In this document: positions 1 through 12,655 of the stretch, piece after piece
How positions within the stretch are numbered: the first letter of the stretch is position 1
How the letters are laid out: every line of letters begins with the position of its first letter
Origin: Diadema antillarum
Taxonomy: Eukaryota
Direction of reading: 5' to 3'
NCBI RefSeq assembly: GCF_040938485.1
Contig: NW_027270980.1
Location: forward strand, 868,001-932,000
DNA length: 64,000 bases
The notes under the pieces: model-generated
What the model was told of the DNA's origin: nothing
Databases searched by the model: none
The model's input: only the letters and a program-made list of their open reading frames with translations
Translations under genes and position numbers: made by a program

Positions 1-983
1 ATTGACCCGTGTAGGTAAACACAAACAGTAATCTCGTGTTTATTCTGCACCTCCCGATGAACTTACTCTCTGACAACGACAAGCAAAAGGGGCCTGGTTT
101 GAGCGCAGTAGCGATGTGCGATTACATTGGGAGAGGGCGCCTGCTACTGACCCCGCCCGGGCAAGCGACCTCTGAACTGCTCTCTGAGTTCTACAAATCT
201 TTGGAATTCTCAGCCAAATATGCTAGAACGAGAATTTCAGGAGGGGTTCCTGTATAACAGATATATGCCCAGGTTTCTTGGCTAACTCCACATACAGGTA
301 TATGGACCCGAATACAGTGGAATTGGGCAGACATCTGTCGTATGATAAACCTCCCTCGCCAGTTGCACTATGGAAAGAGAAGGGAGGTCACGCAATGCGT
401 CGAGAGTCTCGAGTGCACGAGGCGATATTGCAGCCTCAGGGGCACTGCGTGCATTTTAATATGCTATTTGCACGACCCTGGCACTTTGTTTCTTATCTCG
501 GACACATGAGTGGTTCTGTAATTTCTCATTTCTCTTTCGCTCTTTCGCGGTATAAGCCCGTCCCCACGGATCCAAAGCTCTATCACCTTTTAAATCTGCT
601 CATAAAATTAGTTTGCACATCAGCATCATCATAACTTATGTCCTACAGTCAATATCAAGGTAAGAAGATTTTGACAGCTCCCAATTTTAAAGCTTCAACT
701 GAGGTGATCTCACTTTCGTAGAGGACTTCACACACGTCACAGAAACCGACACTGGTCTTGACACAACAAAGTATTTCTTGGTTCTACAGAGCATTGAAAC
801 AATTATTCATCACAAACTGCAATGTCACACAGCCATACAGTTGGTCAAGCGTAAATCACGGCTCTTGTCCTATCCTTATGACTACCACTCTGCTGCTACT
901 CTGACAGTAAAGTAAAAGTCGTTGGGAATGACTTTGGACATGTATGCAGACACTAGATATTAGACATACACACATGTAGGTGA

Positions 984-984
<1 letters not shown>

Positions 985-1015
<31 letters not shown>
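985..1015. repeat. (TG)15 microsatellite
   Basis: Read directly. Confidence 0.95.
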
Positions 1016-1017
<2 letters not shown>

Positions 1018-2696
1018 AGGCCTACATAATTATTTGCATAATATGAGAGAACATTTTACATTAACCAGTGTGTGAAACATCACTGATTTAGAAATATTTG
1101 CAGCTGGCATACAAATTCTTCTCTTCATAACTCTGCACAAAATATATGCCATGGGTGTTGCTACATGTATTGAAAGAGTCTGGAGCTCTAGTTTCCTCAT
1201 TCTTATCATGAAGTATTGGATTTTCATTATGAACTGCACATGTTGATATGCTTATCATATATGAACTGTCCCTTGAGGGGAAAATGCCATTCCATGTTCA
1301 TTTCAATAAAGCAGGTACAACGAGTGAGAGCAGTGGGCTGTCTGTCGCCCCAGTAACGATGGCCCCAGTACAATAGTACGGATAACCAGCAAATATTATA
1401 CGGCTGGTGACTAACAATGAAGTTTTGGGGAAACGCTCTGATACACCTGGTCAATTCCCGTCGTATCGGTTCAGTCCGGTCGAGGATGATAATTCTCTTC
1501 ATCTCACTCATCACATATATAGGTATACAGGGAGAGAGAGAGAGGGATGGGGGGGGGGGGGGAGGGAGAGGAAGAGGGGTAGAGAAATGGGGAAAAATAC
1601 ACTCCACTACAATGGAAAGGCAATTCATAATTGCTGCTCTTGAAGTCACAGGTAAAACAAGAAGAGCTGGGGAGGGGGAGGGATGCTGGAACATGTACAA
1701 GTACTGTGTATATCTGAATATTCTGGTGCCTCTTGCAGAGAACAATAGAGGCTGCGGGGTCAGTCTCGACCCGGTATTACTTGAGACCTGGGGTGTGTAC
1801 CTGTCGATCTTCATCCCCCTGAGCTGATCCCCGTGAACGCCGGAGAATTGATTTGCAGCGCACTCAATCCTGATAATAACGAAGGCTGCAGGGCCACTGC
1901 CTAAAAATCCTCTCTCAGCCACATATCTCTTCTATCACAATGCTGATCCAGTAGGCTATCAAGACTGATATGACTGAAAGGGTGGGGGGGGGGGGGGAGG
2001 GGAGGGTTGGAATGGAAGTAGAAAGGGGTATGCACATGCGTGCATGGACAGGGATATTTAGGGATTTTTGGCTTGGCCGAAATGCGATGCCATGGCAATT
2101 CTACTTACTGCCCAATTCAATGATTGAGGCAAGTATTATCACTAAGCAAAAAGCAGTAAGCAACAACAACGACAAAAAGAAAGGGGGGGGGGGCGGAGGG
2201 ACAGGAAAAAATATGCACCTCACATTACTCCATTAGTTTGCATGCAATGGAGCAGTACCTGCACATTATCACTAACGGGGCTCCGAAGGGATACGCTAAC
2301 AGACAGACGAGCTTTCCATTGCCTGCTTGCGGCCATATGGAGGGAGAGAGTAAGAGAAAAGGGGGGGGGGAGGTGGGGGGGGGGAGTCCCTGCCACTTCG
2401 TGAGGACTCTTGGCCACGCTACACTCAGTACTAAAACATGCAGACACGCTACTCTGTTCTGATATGCGTTATAAATGAGGGTGAACAAGTGGCATGGTGT
2501 ACATTCAGAATCGCTCGCAATCACATACCACACTGTAAGTGTATGAGCTAATGAAATGCAAATTGACTGATGGTGTACGATTCTCTTTCATCTCCAGATG
2601 TGCTTGTCATTAGTTTGACTACATGCAGGGTAATCCTAACCAAACTTCTTAAAGCACTACTAGTAAAGCAGATATCACTAAAAGTCTTTCATATGC

Positions 2697-2894
2697 TACT
2701 GTAAAAGTGGAAATTTTCACGCAAGTAATTTTTCGTACTCAACCTGTTAAGATCAATTTTACTTCTTAATAATTCCGCCGAATCAAAATATGAAGTAGTA
2801 TTAGGCCCTACATAAAACATGCAAAAAAAAAAATTGTGATTCATTATTTTTTTTGCTAGTTTCATGTCACACAAAAACTGTCATTTCTACAATA
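2697..2894. mobile_element. Decayed TACTGTA...TACAGTA-type MITE (Tc1/mariner/pogo-like)
   Basis: Left TACTGTAAAAGTGGAAATTTTCACG; right end reverse complement TATTGTAGAAATGACAGTTTTTGTG. Confidence 0.55.
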
Positions 2895-4511
2895 TCCAAT
2901 ATCATTTACGAATGTTATTTTTTGGTGGGTCTGAAAAATAAAACAGAACAAAGCAGACTCAGTCTCAGTATGCACAAGATCACGTAACAGCAAATAATAC
3001 CTATCTATCAAGGTGAAGAGTTCAAACTAAACTGAACAGACAAAGGGTTCATGGAAGTATGAAAGGACAGCACAAGCTCACACTGTAAACAATGCATAAC
3101 AGTCAGTACATTTGGAAGTGCATCCTTTGTTTCAGAAGGTGGGCCTATCCATCTTGCAGCAATTGCATGAAAGCTTCAGAGTAGTCAATGGCAATATCCG
3201 ACTAATTAAGCAAATATCTTCATTTCACTCTGGACCATAATTACGGCTGTTTGAACAACCAAAACTGACATCTGCTGCTTTGATATCGAATTAAGGTAAT
3301 TTGTAAAATCAGTGTTCAATTTGTAAAATCTTAAAAAAACATCCTTTTTCTTAAAGATGGAAGTAGCCTAAATGCACACAGAGAATCTTGTAGATTATTG
3401 TGTTATATAAATGTAACTCATCATTATCAAGTCTTCAAACAACATTCCAGGCTATTTAGTATGACAAACAGTTACTTGGGAAATTAAACACTGCGCCTGT
3501 TTGTGTTGCTTTGTTTTTATTCTTGTCTTATATAGCGTCATTTCAAACTAGAGGCTTGGATAAAAGGAAAACACACTTGTCAATCACTTTGACTAAAAAT
3601 CTTCTCCTATTCTACCCATCTGCTCGCTGCACTTCAGGGTTGCTAGGATTTCACACGCGGCAGCCGCATCTTGGACAAAACAGGGCACTGGGGCAGGGAG
3701 ACGAAAATCCACAACTTTCTTGATGTACACTGAAATATTCACTCGCTCCAAACCAGCCCCAGAACTGCACCTGGTCAGGCAGAATCTGCATCAATTTATC
3801 TTTCTCCCTCTCTCTTTCTCCATCTCCCTCGCCCCGAAGTGACACTTGTAATATCACAATGGTCCAGGTGCGCACGATAAATGGGGGAGGTCATAATTCC
3901 AGCCTGGATAAAGAGTGAAGAGTTTGGCTAAACAAAAGGTAGCGTTTATCAACTCACTTCTGGCGTAGAGTTAAGGTTTCCACACACATTTCAGGGAGAT
4001 TTTTGGGCAGTTGATGTATGCAAAGCTGTTTTGATTATGGGCTGAGAAGCAAGTTTCTGAAACACACACACAAAAACAATGGCCATTGCAAACACATTTG
4101 AGCCAGAAGCATGTTTCTGGAGAGTTGATTAATGCAAAGTCGTTTTGAAATGCGTTTATAGCTCGGACCTGCCCACACCAACCACTGCCAACTACACATC
4201 TCCGCTCCTGGGGTCAAACTGGGCAATGGAGATGCGCAGTGACAAGGCCTCCCAATCAACTCAGTACAGAGTTGATAAAAACAACTTGAGAAAGGCAATC
4301 CGAAAGGCATTTGCAAGTTCTGAGCATTTTGATAGTGGCTTTTAAAACGTATTTCAAACATTGTAAGTTGATAAACACAGTCAAAAGCTCTTGCTCTCTC
4401 TCTCCCTCTCTCCCATTTCCCACTCAGCAGTACCAATAAAGATGCAAAACACTATAAATCTATGCGTGCATTAAAAATGAGTGTCTTGAAGGGCAGTCCC
4501 AGACCAGTTAA

Positions 4512-4772
4512 AGGTAGGCATTTTAGGTGATTTTTCAAAATGATATAAGGCCAGGAAAAATTAGTGTAGAATGAAAGCCCTACTCTTCCCATTCACAAAT
4601 CTTTTTGAATTTTTCAAATCGGTCAAGCGGTTGCAAAGATATAGGCGTTTTAATGTCACAAGACATGCCCATTTTTCAACCCGGGGTCAAAGGTCAATCT
4701 TTTGTTTTACTTTGTTTTAACAATGGCACCGCCTGAGCATGTACACAGGCAACTAAATTGCCTATAATTCCT
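4512..4772. mobile_element. Decayed Kolobok-like MITE
   Basis: TTAA|AGGTAGGCATTTTAG left end; CTAAATTGCCTA...CCT|TTAC right end; contains GGGTCAAAGGTCA (4684-4696). Confidence 0.4.
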
Positions 4773-4779
4773 TTACTGT

Positions 4780-5345
4780 TTGAAGTATGACAATGAAACT
4801 TGCAGGATATGATGATGATAGATTGTGTCACAAGTTTGCACTGTTTTTAAAGAAATATGATTCATATTTTGAAAATTATGAATATTAATATTCATAAAAA
4901 TGCATATAAATACTTGTAACAGAGTGATAAATAACAATAACTCAACAAAACTTGCAGGACAGCTTTGTATAATATTTTCCCACAAGTCTACAATAATTTT
5001 TTCATGAACATTACATTACAAATATTAATATCAATATTAAAAAGTAAAATATAATGTATGTTAATTGGTAATGGTTAATACCAGGAAAAAAATGCAGATT
5101 TGCTAAATGACATGTTTTGCCAGAATCCTGTCAGAAGGCCACATTAATATTATTCATACAAATATGAATATTGATATTCAGATGAAGATATGAATATTAA
5201 TATTCATATTGGTCCATATATTTCTGGCCATAAATGTTCGCAATATCTGGGTGGAAGTTGCCTTTCATCTTCATATCACTTTCTGCCACAACTGCAATAG
5301 TATCAAATTCATATTTTTCATTTTTTGACAAATATGAATATCAAT
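4780..5345. repeat. AT-rich decayed tandem repeat with 22-bp palindromes
   Basis: TTATGAATATTAATATTCATAA (4876-4897) and ATATGAATATTAATATTCATAT (5188-5209); partial copies at ~5021, ~5163 and ~5331. Confidence 0.55.
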
Positions 5346-5347
5346 AC

Positions 5348-5349
<2 letters not shown>

Positions 5350-5381
<32 letters not shown>
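5350..5381. repeat. (AC)n microsatellite
   Basis: Read directly. Confidence 0.9.
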
Positions 5382-5386
<5 letters not shown>

Positions 5387-7375
5387 ACACAATTCATGGC
5401 ACACATACATCTTTTGCAGTTCGCAGGTACAGAAACAAAGCACCACAAAACGCAAGTTCAATAAATCGTTGAGAAATGTATAGATGTATTCTGCCATGTG
5501 ATTTCAAATTCACTTTATGTTCACTCTACTGGAGTTGCCTTCAAAGAAATACAGAGCAAAAACCTATATCAAGTCTCAGTCAGGTTTTAAATTTTGGGTT
5601 TGAAAAATGCATACTGATGCAGTACTGGGAACACATGGATAATCAGCACTATCCAAACATTATAACAGTTCCACTTACATAACACATGTGGAAGCACACA
5701 TTAAGTGTGAAGAACATGTGTGACTTATATGTTATATATGACATCAAACACCAATGATCGGCCTTTATCAGGGAGCTGAATGTGAGTGGGGCAGCGATGA
5801 GCCTGCAGAGGATTCTTCTAGCAGCTGACTTGGCTGGACGGCAGAAAGGTTTGTTGGGCCTGTTACATGTCGTTGAGAGGATCCACTTCCAGCTTGGCCA
5901 GAGGGAAACACAGAGTCATGTTCTGTTATAAAGAAGTATGATCAATATTTGATTACTTTACATTGAGTTTATTAGATTTAAAAAATAGTTCAGAGTCCTG
6001 GCTACGTGTACAGTAATCACAGATTAACAATCTGTTTTGCAAAACGTTATCCAGATTATGAATTTATAAAGCCTGTGAAAATCTTGAGGCAAAATTTTAA
6101 CAAATTTCTTAAACAAAAAAACAACAACAACATATATAGAATTGCAGTCTGTAAAGTTCAAGTTTGAAGTGTCACAATTTTAGGATAAGACCTTGCTTAT
6201 TTGTCTCGCCCTCACTGGCCTCAGATTGTGTGTGCATGCATGTACGTACATGTTCACATGACAAACCAGAAATCTAAAAATAATAATAAAAATAAAATAA
6301 AATAAATGAGTCACAATTTTGGGGGTTAAAGATGGATATATATAACATAAGGAATGAACTTAAATTTTTCTAACCTGAACTTGGATTTTGTTTGCTGGCT
6401 ACACCACTGCAGTCACCTTCAACATCCATGACAATAAGAAGGCACACATACCCGCCCAGTCACCTGAAAATAAAGTCATAATCAAACTGACATGAATTAC
6501 TCTAAGAATACGAAGATTGAAGGCTTCAGGCTACTCTGTAGGAAATACTAATGAATTGACAGTCAAGCGCTTTATGTGTCTCATATAATCATCATCACTA
6601 GTCTGATCAATCTTGGTTCTTCTTCAAGCACACTGTCTAAATATCGAGCCAAGACTCATGAATGTTTCTGCTCAAAACTTGAGCTGAAACAAAACACTAA
6701 ATATCAATTTGTCAGTCACAGAAAATTAAATGTAAATGGTGTAATTTCTGCTTTTTATATTTACGTAGGTTGACGTTAGTGACATAGCTAGGCCTAGTGC
6801 CCTCTTTATTAGCACGAGCAGCACTAAGTGCTGATATTTGTCATACACTTAAAAAATTACGGTAATTTCCCCTTCCTCCCAGCTCAGTGGTGTTCAGTAC
6901 GAAGAATCAGAGAATGAATTCTGTAATTACGTAAAAATACTTCACAGTAATTTTACTCCTGTAATTTCACAAAATATAACTATACTTGGAATACCAGGTT
7001 ACAAGTAAACTATTGTACTGAAGTTTGAATTGTAGAAACTGAAGAAATTTTCCAAAAATTCTTGCAAGTTGCAAAGAAGTCTTTTCAAGTTGCTACTGTC
7101 TGTAAGTAACTCTAGCCCGACCAGACGCTAAAAAAAAAATCATCGGTGTTACTCCGGCCTCCAATCTGACTTGTATACTAGTACTCTAACTCAATCTGTC
7201 AAATGTTCATAGTTTTTAGGTCGTCCAGAGGGAATATTTGAGAGAGACACTTCATAACAACTAGGGATTTTGAAAGTTGCTGTCAAAATAATCCGATCGA
7301 ATTTCGATCGAAGTACGAAGTGGAACAAAGCCTGCTCTGCTCTGCTCTGCAGGTCAGGTGTACACAGTATACTTG

Positions 7376-7891
7376 GGTGACCCGCACCTCGTCATAGTTA
7401 ACGTTTGCGCATATTTGAATCACATTTCGCCACTGAAATTCTTTGAAATCCAACTCACATACAGGAAAAATGCTGAAAATTCCAATGGAATCACAAGCTC
7501 ACTGATCGATATCGAAAATTTGCAGCTATCGTCGTCAAACGCGAACGATGCGAAATAGCTGTGCGCTAAGGAAGGGGCCCGCAACTCGTCACCCGCGCTC
7601 CCATAGACAAAGCACGTAAAAGACGTGTGCGGGTGACCGTGATGCTCCCATAGACATACACGTAAAAGATGCGTGCGGGGACAGTGGTGATAGTTATAAC
7701 ACGTAGGGTCCTATTCCGATTAAAATTTCCGATTTTCGCGAAAAACTGTTCGGTTTTCACCAAAATTTGCTTGGCCCTGCCAAGTTTCAAGCATACTGAA
7801 CACAGTCCCGGGCATAAATTTTTGTTTAGTGCGCTTAAAACAATTTTAAGCGGGGTGACGGTATTCGGGCCCCTGACGAGGTGCGGGTACC
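7376..7891. mobile_element. MITE with ~19-bp terminal inverted repeats
   Basis: GGTGACCCGCACCTCGTCA (7376-7394) and TGACGAGGTGCGGGTACC (7874-7891) are reverse complements except for 1 indel. Internal direct repeat CTCCCATAGACA...CACGTAAAAGA..GTGCGGG occurs twice (~7598-7680). Superfamily not assigned. Confidence 0.7.
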
Positions 7892-7899
7892 TCGCTATA

Positions 7900-8974
7900 C
7901 AGTAGCTCACATACATAACGTGTACTGTAGTATTGGCAAGTCAGTGTGCACGATCGTGACCACTACATTGATCAAAACATACGGTCGGTAACAAAAACCT
8001 GATCATAAATCTGACATTCAAACCCGAAATTTTCGTGAAGGATAGTATAAACTAAATATGGAAACAAATTAAGTCACTCTTGGGGGGGTCGTGCCACAAG
8101 GGATTTTGATTAAAACATCGTCGATTCCTTCGTACCAACAGCTAGGGTTATCACACATCGCATTTGTTGTTTACCGTACTTGTTTACAATTCATACCAAA
8201 CGGAACGATCCATTCGCCATGCAGGTAAATCAACAGAATGAGGTAGCTGAAAATGCAAACTTTGCCACAATGATGACCGGATATTTAATCGATTGGCATT
8301 AAGATTACTCTTCAGTATTAATAAAAATGATCAGCAGGCCAGCATCGTCTTTTACAAAGCTATAAAAAGACCACACACACAAACATCGCAACACTACGAT
8401 ACCTGTCCGTAATGGATCGTTCACGTAAACAAATCACTGCTCGACATGCTCTCAGCTGTCGACAGCTGCGTGATTGCAGTAAAAACTCGCTTGGAAATTG
8501 AACGGACAGTGCTGCCTAAAAATCACTCTAGCATCAAAATGAAATCATTTTTCACCATGAAACTTCACATAAAGTTTCTTGAAACATGATATTATCTACT
8601 TACGTGTGAAATGGATGGATCTTGGCGCATCTGGATAATGAAATCTTCAAGCAAACTTTTCTTTTAGCTCAGACGTCATGAAGCTTCACGATAGGTGATC
8701 CATTTCACATATCATCGGAATTGTCAATGTTTACTCTGTCTGTTCGGATACTTTCGGAAATTCATCGACCAATCACATTGATGCTACGACCCTCGGAAGT
8801 TAGCGAGGTATTCCGAGCAATTTCGGAGAGTTTCTGAAAAGACGGTGCCGTCGACCCAAAACTCTTCTCGGCAGCGCTGCACACGCAAACCCTATGGAGT
8901 GACCTTCACGCCCCATAGACTCAGTGTGGGGCAGCGGAGCGGTTGAAAAAAAGTGTCACGTGACTGAAAGGCCT
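7900..8974. mobile_element. CpG-rich DNA-transposon-like remnant (one terminus visible)
   Basis: CpG-rich non-coding tract ending GTCACGTGACTGAAAGGCCT|ATT, abutting a further TTAA|AGG fragment at 8976. No matching left terminus found. Confidence 0.3.
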
Positions 8975-9281
8975 ATTAAAGGTTGGTCTGAAAAGAAAGG
9001 GTAGTGGTTTTTAGGCAAAACACTGAAAATTTGATCAATATTGGATAAAAGTGTGGGAAATTATGAAATTGTGTGGATTGGATTTCTATATAACAGTTCT
9101 CGAACAGTCAATATGAATATGCAAATGAGTTGATATCATCACCACACAATCTGCCATAGTGTTAGTATACAAAATCTTGCGGAATTATGGTTTGCAGGAG
9201 TACTATGTGTATGTAAACCTTGAGAGGACTGAAAGGAAGAAAACTCTCAAAAGAGGAATGTGATGAAGGCGGGAAGCGACA

Positions 9282-9505
9282 TACTGTAATTGCATAAATT
9301 TTTCATGGTACATTAATTTTCATGTATTTTGCACTACTTCTGGCTAGCGCAAATTCTTAAACCCGCGAAAAATATCTTCACAATTTTCTCTGCATATCTT
9401 GAATGGGTTGATAATTGTGCAGCACAAATTCAAGAACCAGCGAATATGCTTTTGAGCCGCTCAGCGCGAAAAATTAATCATGCGAAAATAACGACGTTTG
9501 CCGTA
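9282..9505. mobile_element. Decayed TACTGTA-type MITE
   Basis: Left TACTGTAATTGCATAAATTTTTCATGGTACATTAATTTTCATG; right end reverse complement TACGGCAAACGTCGTTATTTTCGCATGATTAATTTTTCGCG. Confidence 0.5.
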
Positions 9506-9590
9506 GGAAGAGTGTTAGGAAGGCAAATAGTAACAGTCTGAGAGGTAGCAATTAGCTGGAGACTGACGTTGCACTTTAGAAGACAGGAGA

Positions 9591-9769
9591 ATGGGAGACA
9601 GGGATGGTTAGTAAGGAAGAATAGAGTGAGAACAGGGAGGTGAGACTAAAACATGTTCAGGGTTCAGAGGTCAGTGGGAGGAGAATGATGAACCAGAAAG
9701 GAGGGGGAGGAGGGAAGGAAAAGGCTGGAAAATCAGAAGAGGTAAGAGAGAGAAGTGATGAAGATGTGA
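9591..9769 (-). promoter_or_regulatory. Intronic YCAY cluster (candidate Nova binding element)
   Basis: 10 RTGR tetramers on + (YCAY on the nova sense strand) at 9591, 9604, 9626, 9640, 9674, 9685, 9688, 9755, 9758 and 9766, in a pyrimidine-rich sense-strand tract about 370-545 nt downstream of the donor. Confidence 0.4.
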
Positions 9770-10136
9770 AATTCTGAACGATTTTCGCATCCTTCATCAA
9801 GGGCAAGTAAACACAGGTCTGGAAGCAAGACTATTCGGTCTTATTCATTATCTGTTTAATGGCTGGTTTGGCTTATCAAATATCATTTGAATATGACTTC
9901 ATATCCCTTCAATGCTCCCCCCCCCCTATCCCCACCTCCTCCCAACAAAGGACTGTAGGGATTCATGTATTCTGCAGCGAAAAACGACAGACCTGGCCGA
10001 AACCAGGTAGGCAACACATGTAGGTGAAATATGTCTTCCCTCCACCATCTCGCGGAAACCTTATCCGGAAATGAGCATGCAGAATGACAAGGCTCTGCGC
10101 CAGGCTACACCATCACGTTTTGAAGGACGGCCTCAC

Positions 10137-10285
10137 CTGTCTTGCCCTCTCCGGTGAGGTGAGGTTCTCTATCCCAGCCTTAGGCGTGAGCTGGGGGGAT
10201 TCCTTGATCTTCTCGATGATAAAGTCCGCCACCAGGTTCAGTGCTTCGACGGAACCGGTAATCAGTGCTATTCTCTCTTGTGTAC
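10137..10285 (-). CDS. nova: Internal coding exon of a NOVA/pasilla-family KH-domain RNA-binding splicing factor (C-terminal half of KH1 plus linker)
   Basis: Translates (G)TQERIALITGSVEALNLVADFIIEKIKESPQLTPKAGIENLTSPERARQ. This aligns with NOVA1 [32 protein letters not shown] and pasilla [12 protein letters not shown]...FIMDKIREKP...ERDKQ as recalled. Canonical pyrimidine tract plus acceptor tttcttccgctctgcAG (AG at 10287-10286) and donor CAG|GTGAGG (GT at 10136-10135). Length 149 nt = 2 + 49x3, so phase 1 in and phase 0 out, matching the known NOVA intron inside FYPG|T. Confidence 0.93.
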
Positions 10286-10815
10286 CTGCAGAGCGGAAGA
10301 AAATGAGAAAGGCAAATTTGAAATCGCGCAATGACAGACACACACATGAAAATCTCACCATAAAAAAAAAAGACCCCAAAAAAACTTATTCTGAAGTGAA
10401 GACATTTGTGATATGCACATTGGGAAACAGTATGCAAGAGAACATTTGAAAAACAGTAAAGTGACCCTGTACACGTTGTTACTTGTATTCATGCCTATTG
10501 TCTCTGCTATGCCACTCATCTGCATCCATATTCATGGTTCATGCAAATCAAACCCCAAACTCAATGCACGAGGTCGAAAGTTGGCAGGCGCTGGGTGCTA
10601 TAACACAACGTCCTATTGTCGCTGTGATTTTGTTTACTATTTTCAGAGTTGCTAGAGCTCTAGGAATGAAAGAAAAGAAACATACAGACAGGGGTTAAAT
10701 CCAAAGACCTTGACACAAATGGATATCCCTTCAATAGAATCCAGTGTATTTCTCAAAGAAATGGGTCAATTCCACTGTAGGGTAAAATCTCACAGACTAA
10801 TATATCAATGTCATG

Positions 10816-10816
<1 letters not shown>

Positions 10817-10848
<32 letters not shown>
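10817..10848. repeat. (AC)n microsatellite
   Basis: Read directly. Confidence 0.9.
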
Positions 10849-10850
<2 letters not shown>

Positions 10851-12545
10851 CATATGTGTATTTATGGGTACAGAAAAGATATACAGGAAATGTTGGCAGG
10901 TAAGGGGCAGGCATAGGCATTTTATCACAATTGCTGAGCATCTGAGGAAGAAGTGCATGATTCTAAAATCATATGCAAGATCTGTGTTATATCCCCAGCC
11001 TGACATTCCCATTGAAAACCAAAACCAGGGCAAGAGCCAAAGGAGTTAAAGGAACCACTTGAGTGCCGGCATTTAACTGGCCACACACCACACTGACTGC
11101 CAGAATTCACTGACTGTTGGCATGAGGCAGACAATGCCTAGATCTACAGGAGAGTGGAGCCCAATCATTTAGATTCTACGACACATCACTGGCCTCCCTT
11201 TGAATTTGAGTGTAATTCATGGCGAGAAAGGTAAACATTCCCTCTTTCTTTGATCGAACCCCCCCCCCCCCCAAAAAAAAAGAAGAAATGAAACACAGAT
11301 ACACACACACACATGCAGCAGACGAAGCCACTGCGAGCAATCAGAGCTTTGAGAGTGTTCAGGCATGTAATGTGCATTGAGTCTGTGTGTGAGGGCACGT
11401 GCCGATAATCACAGACGACTCGGCCAGAAACGGTGAATAAAACATCACCTCCCCATCTCCCAGAGTTTCCCCCCTTTGTGCGCTCTTCGCACATTACCCA
11501 CACGAGCACTCTTAAGACATTGCACCCGACCTTCTATCCCCAACAACCCCCCCCCCATATATTTTCCCCCTTAAATGCCTGCACACGAGCCCATCTGGCA
11601 TTACCTACAGGGTATAAGGCACTGAATGCTTCCTCTTCCTTCTATATCATGCCCCTCCCCCTCCCCCCCCCCCCCCCCACAAACTCTCTAGACGGTGCTT
11701 TACATTTAACCTACACTCCGGGCAAGATGCATTAGTATTATCGCAAAGAACTTAATCAATTTACAGCTGCGAAACAATGCAGCGTTCAGTCTGGTCACCG
11801 GCACGCACACGAACCTCATTCCACTGCTGCAGCACCACATAACAGGCAGATGATGTGGAATCCATTTTCCAGAAGATTGATGGGGGAAAATAATCCTAAC
11901 AAATCAAATTAGTTAGTCATTCAAAGGTAACTCGCGAGCGATACTACAGTCACATGCCTAAACCCAATTTGCTCACAGTAACAGAGAATAAGCTACAAAT
12001 GGAGGCTGTTATATCTTTTAATACTTATACATCATGAGAGCATATTTGCCCTATCATTCACCAATTTTTGCTTCTTTTACAAACATTGGACTAATGCAGA
12101 GAAATGTGCATTAGTTTACTCCACTTACTTACTTACAATGAAGACATTGTCCAAAAGACATTACAAGCTTCTGATGCCCCACTCCATAAACATATGAGCA
12201 CAACGAGACAACACGGGAAAATGCTCCCTATGTCATTACCTTCATTTTATTATGACCCCTTTCACATAAAATGAAAACCCAAGCAACGTTGAGTCCTTCA
12301 CAATCCTGCATCAGGATTTAAATCACTACCAATCTCCTGTGATACAAACATTGATCTTTCTTTTATAGAATGGTTTTATATTTCCAACAGTTGATATATA
12401 TCTGACCTGCAAAGATAGTCTCATGCATCTATTACAGCAAATATTACTATCTCTGACTAGAATACGAATTTCCAGATGCAGCGCCAAGCGATAATCTAAA
12501 CACTATGCAGCTCCTGCATTAATTTTTACATCACAATCAATATCG

Positions 12546-12655
12546 TCATCATCAGTCATTATCTGTATTAATATCAGTACTAGTATTAGTATTAGGAATA
12601 GTCTTATCACCATTATCATTATCATCATCACTATCATCATCATCAGTATAATCAT
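12546..12655 (+). repeat. Degenerate (ATC)n microsatellite
   Basis: TCATCATC/TTATCATT repeats. Confidence 0.8.

Larger units (their letters stand above)
1..10136 (-). other. nova: Downstream nova intron (part), at least 10.1 kb
   Basis: Starts at the GTGAGG donor. No KH2 exon (VKI.VPNSTAG.IIGKGG) was seen between 1 and 10136. Confidence 0.7.

Noticed and set aside
36-634. Two plus-strand ORFs in a moderately CpG-rich stretch at the window start
   Set aside because: No recognisable homology or splice structure; possibly a truncated repeat, but cannot be supported.
1227-1922. Longest ORF in the track (231 aa, minus)
   Set aside because: Runs through poly-C/CT repeats (PLPLPPPPPPSLSLS) and has no domain similarity.
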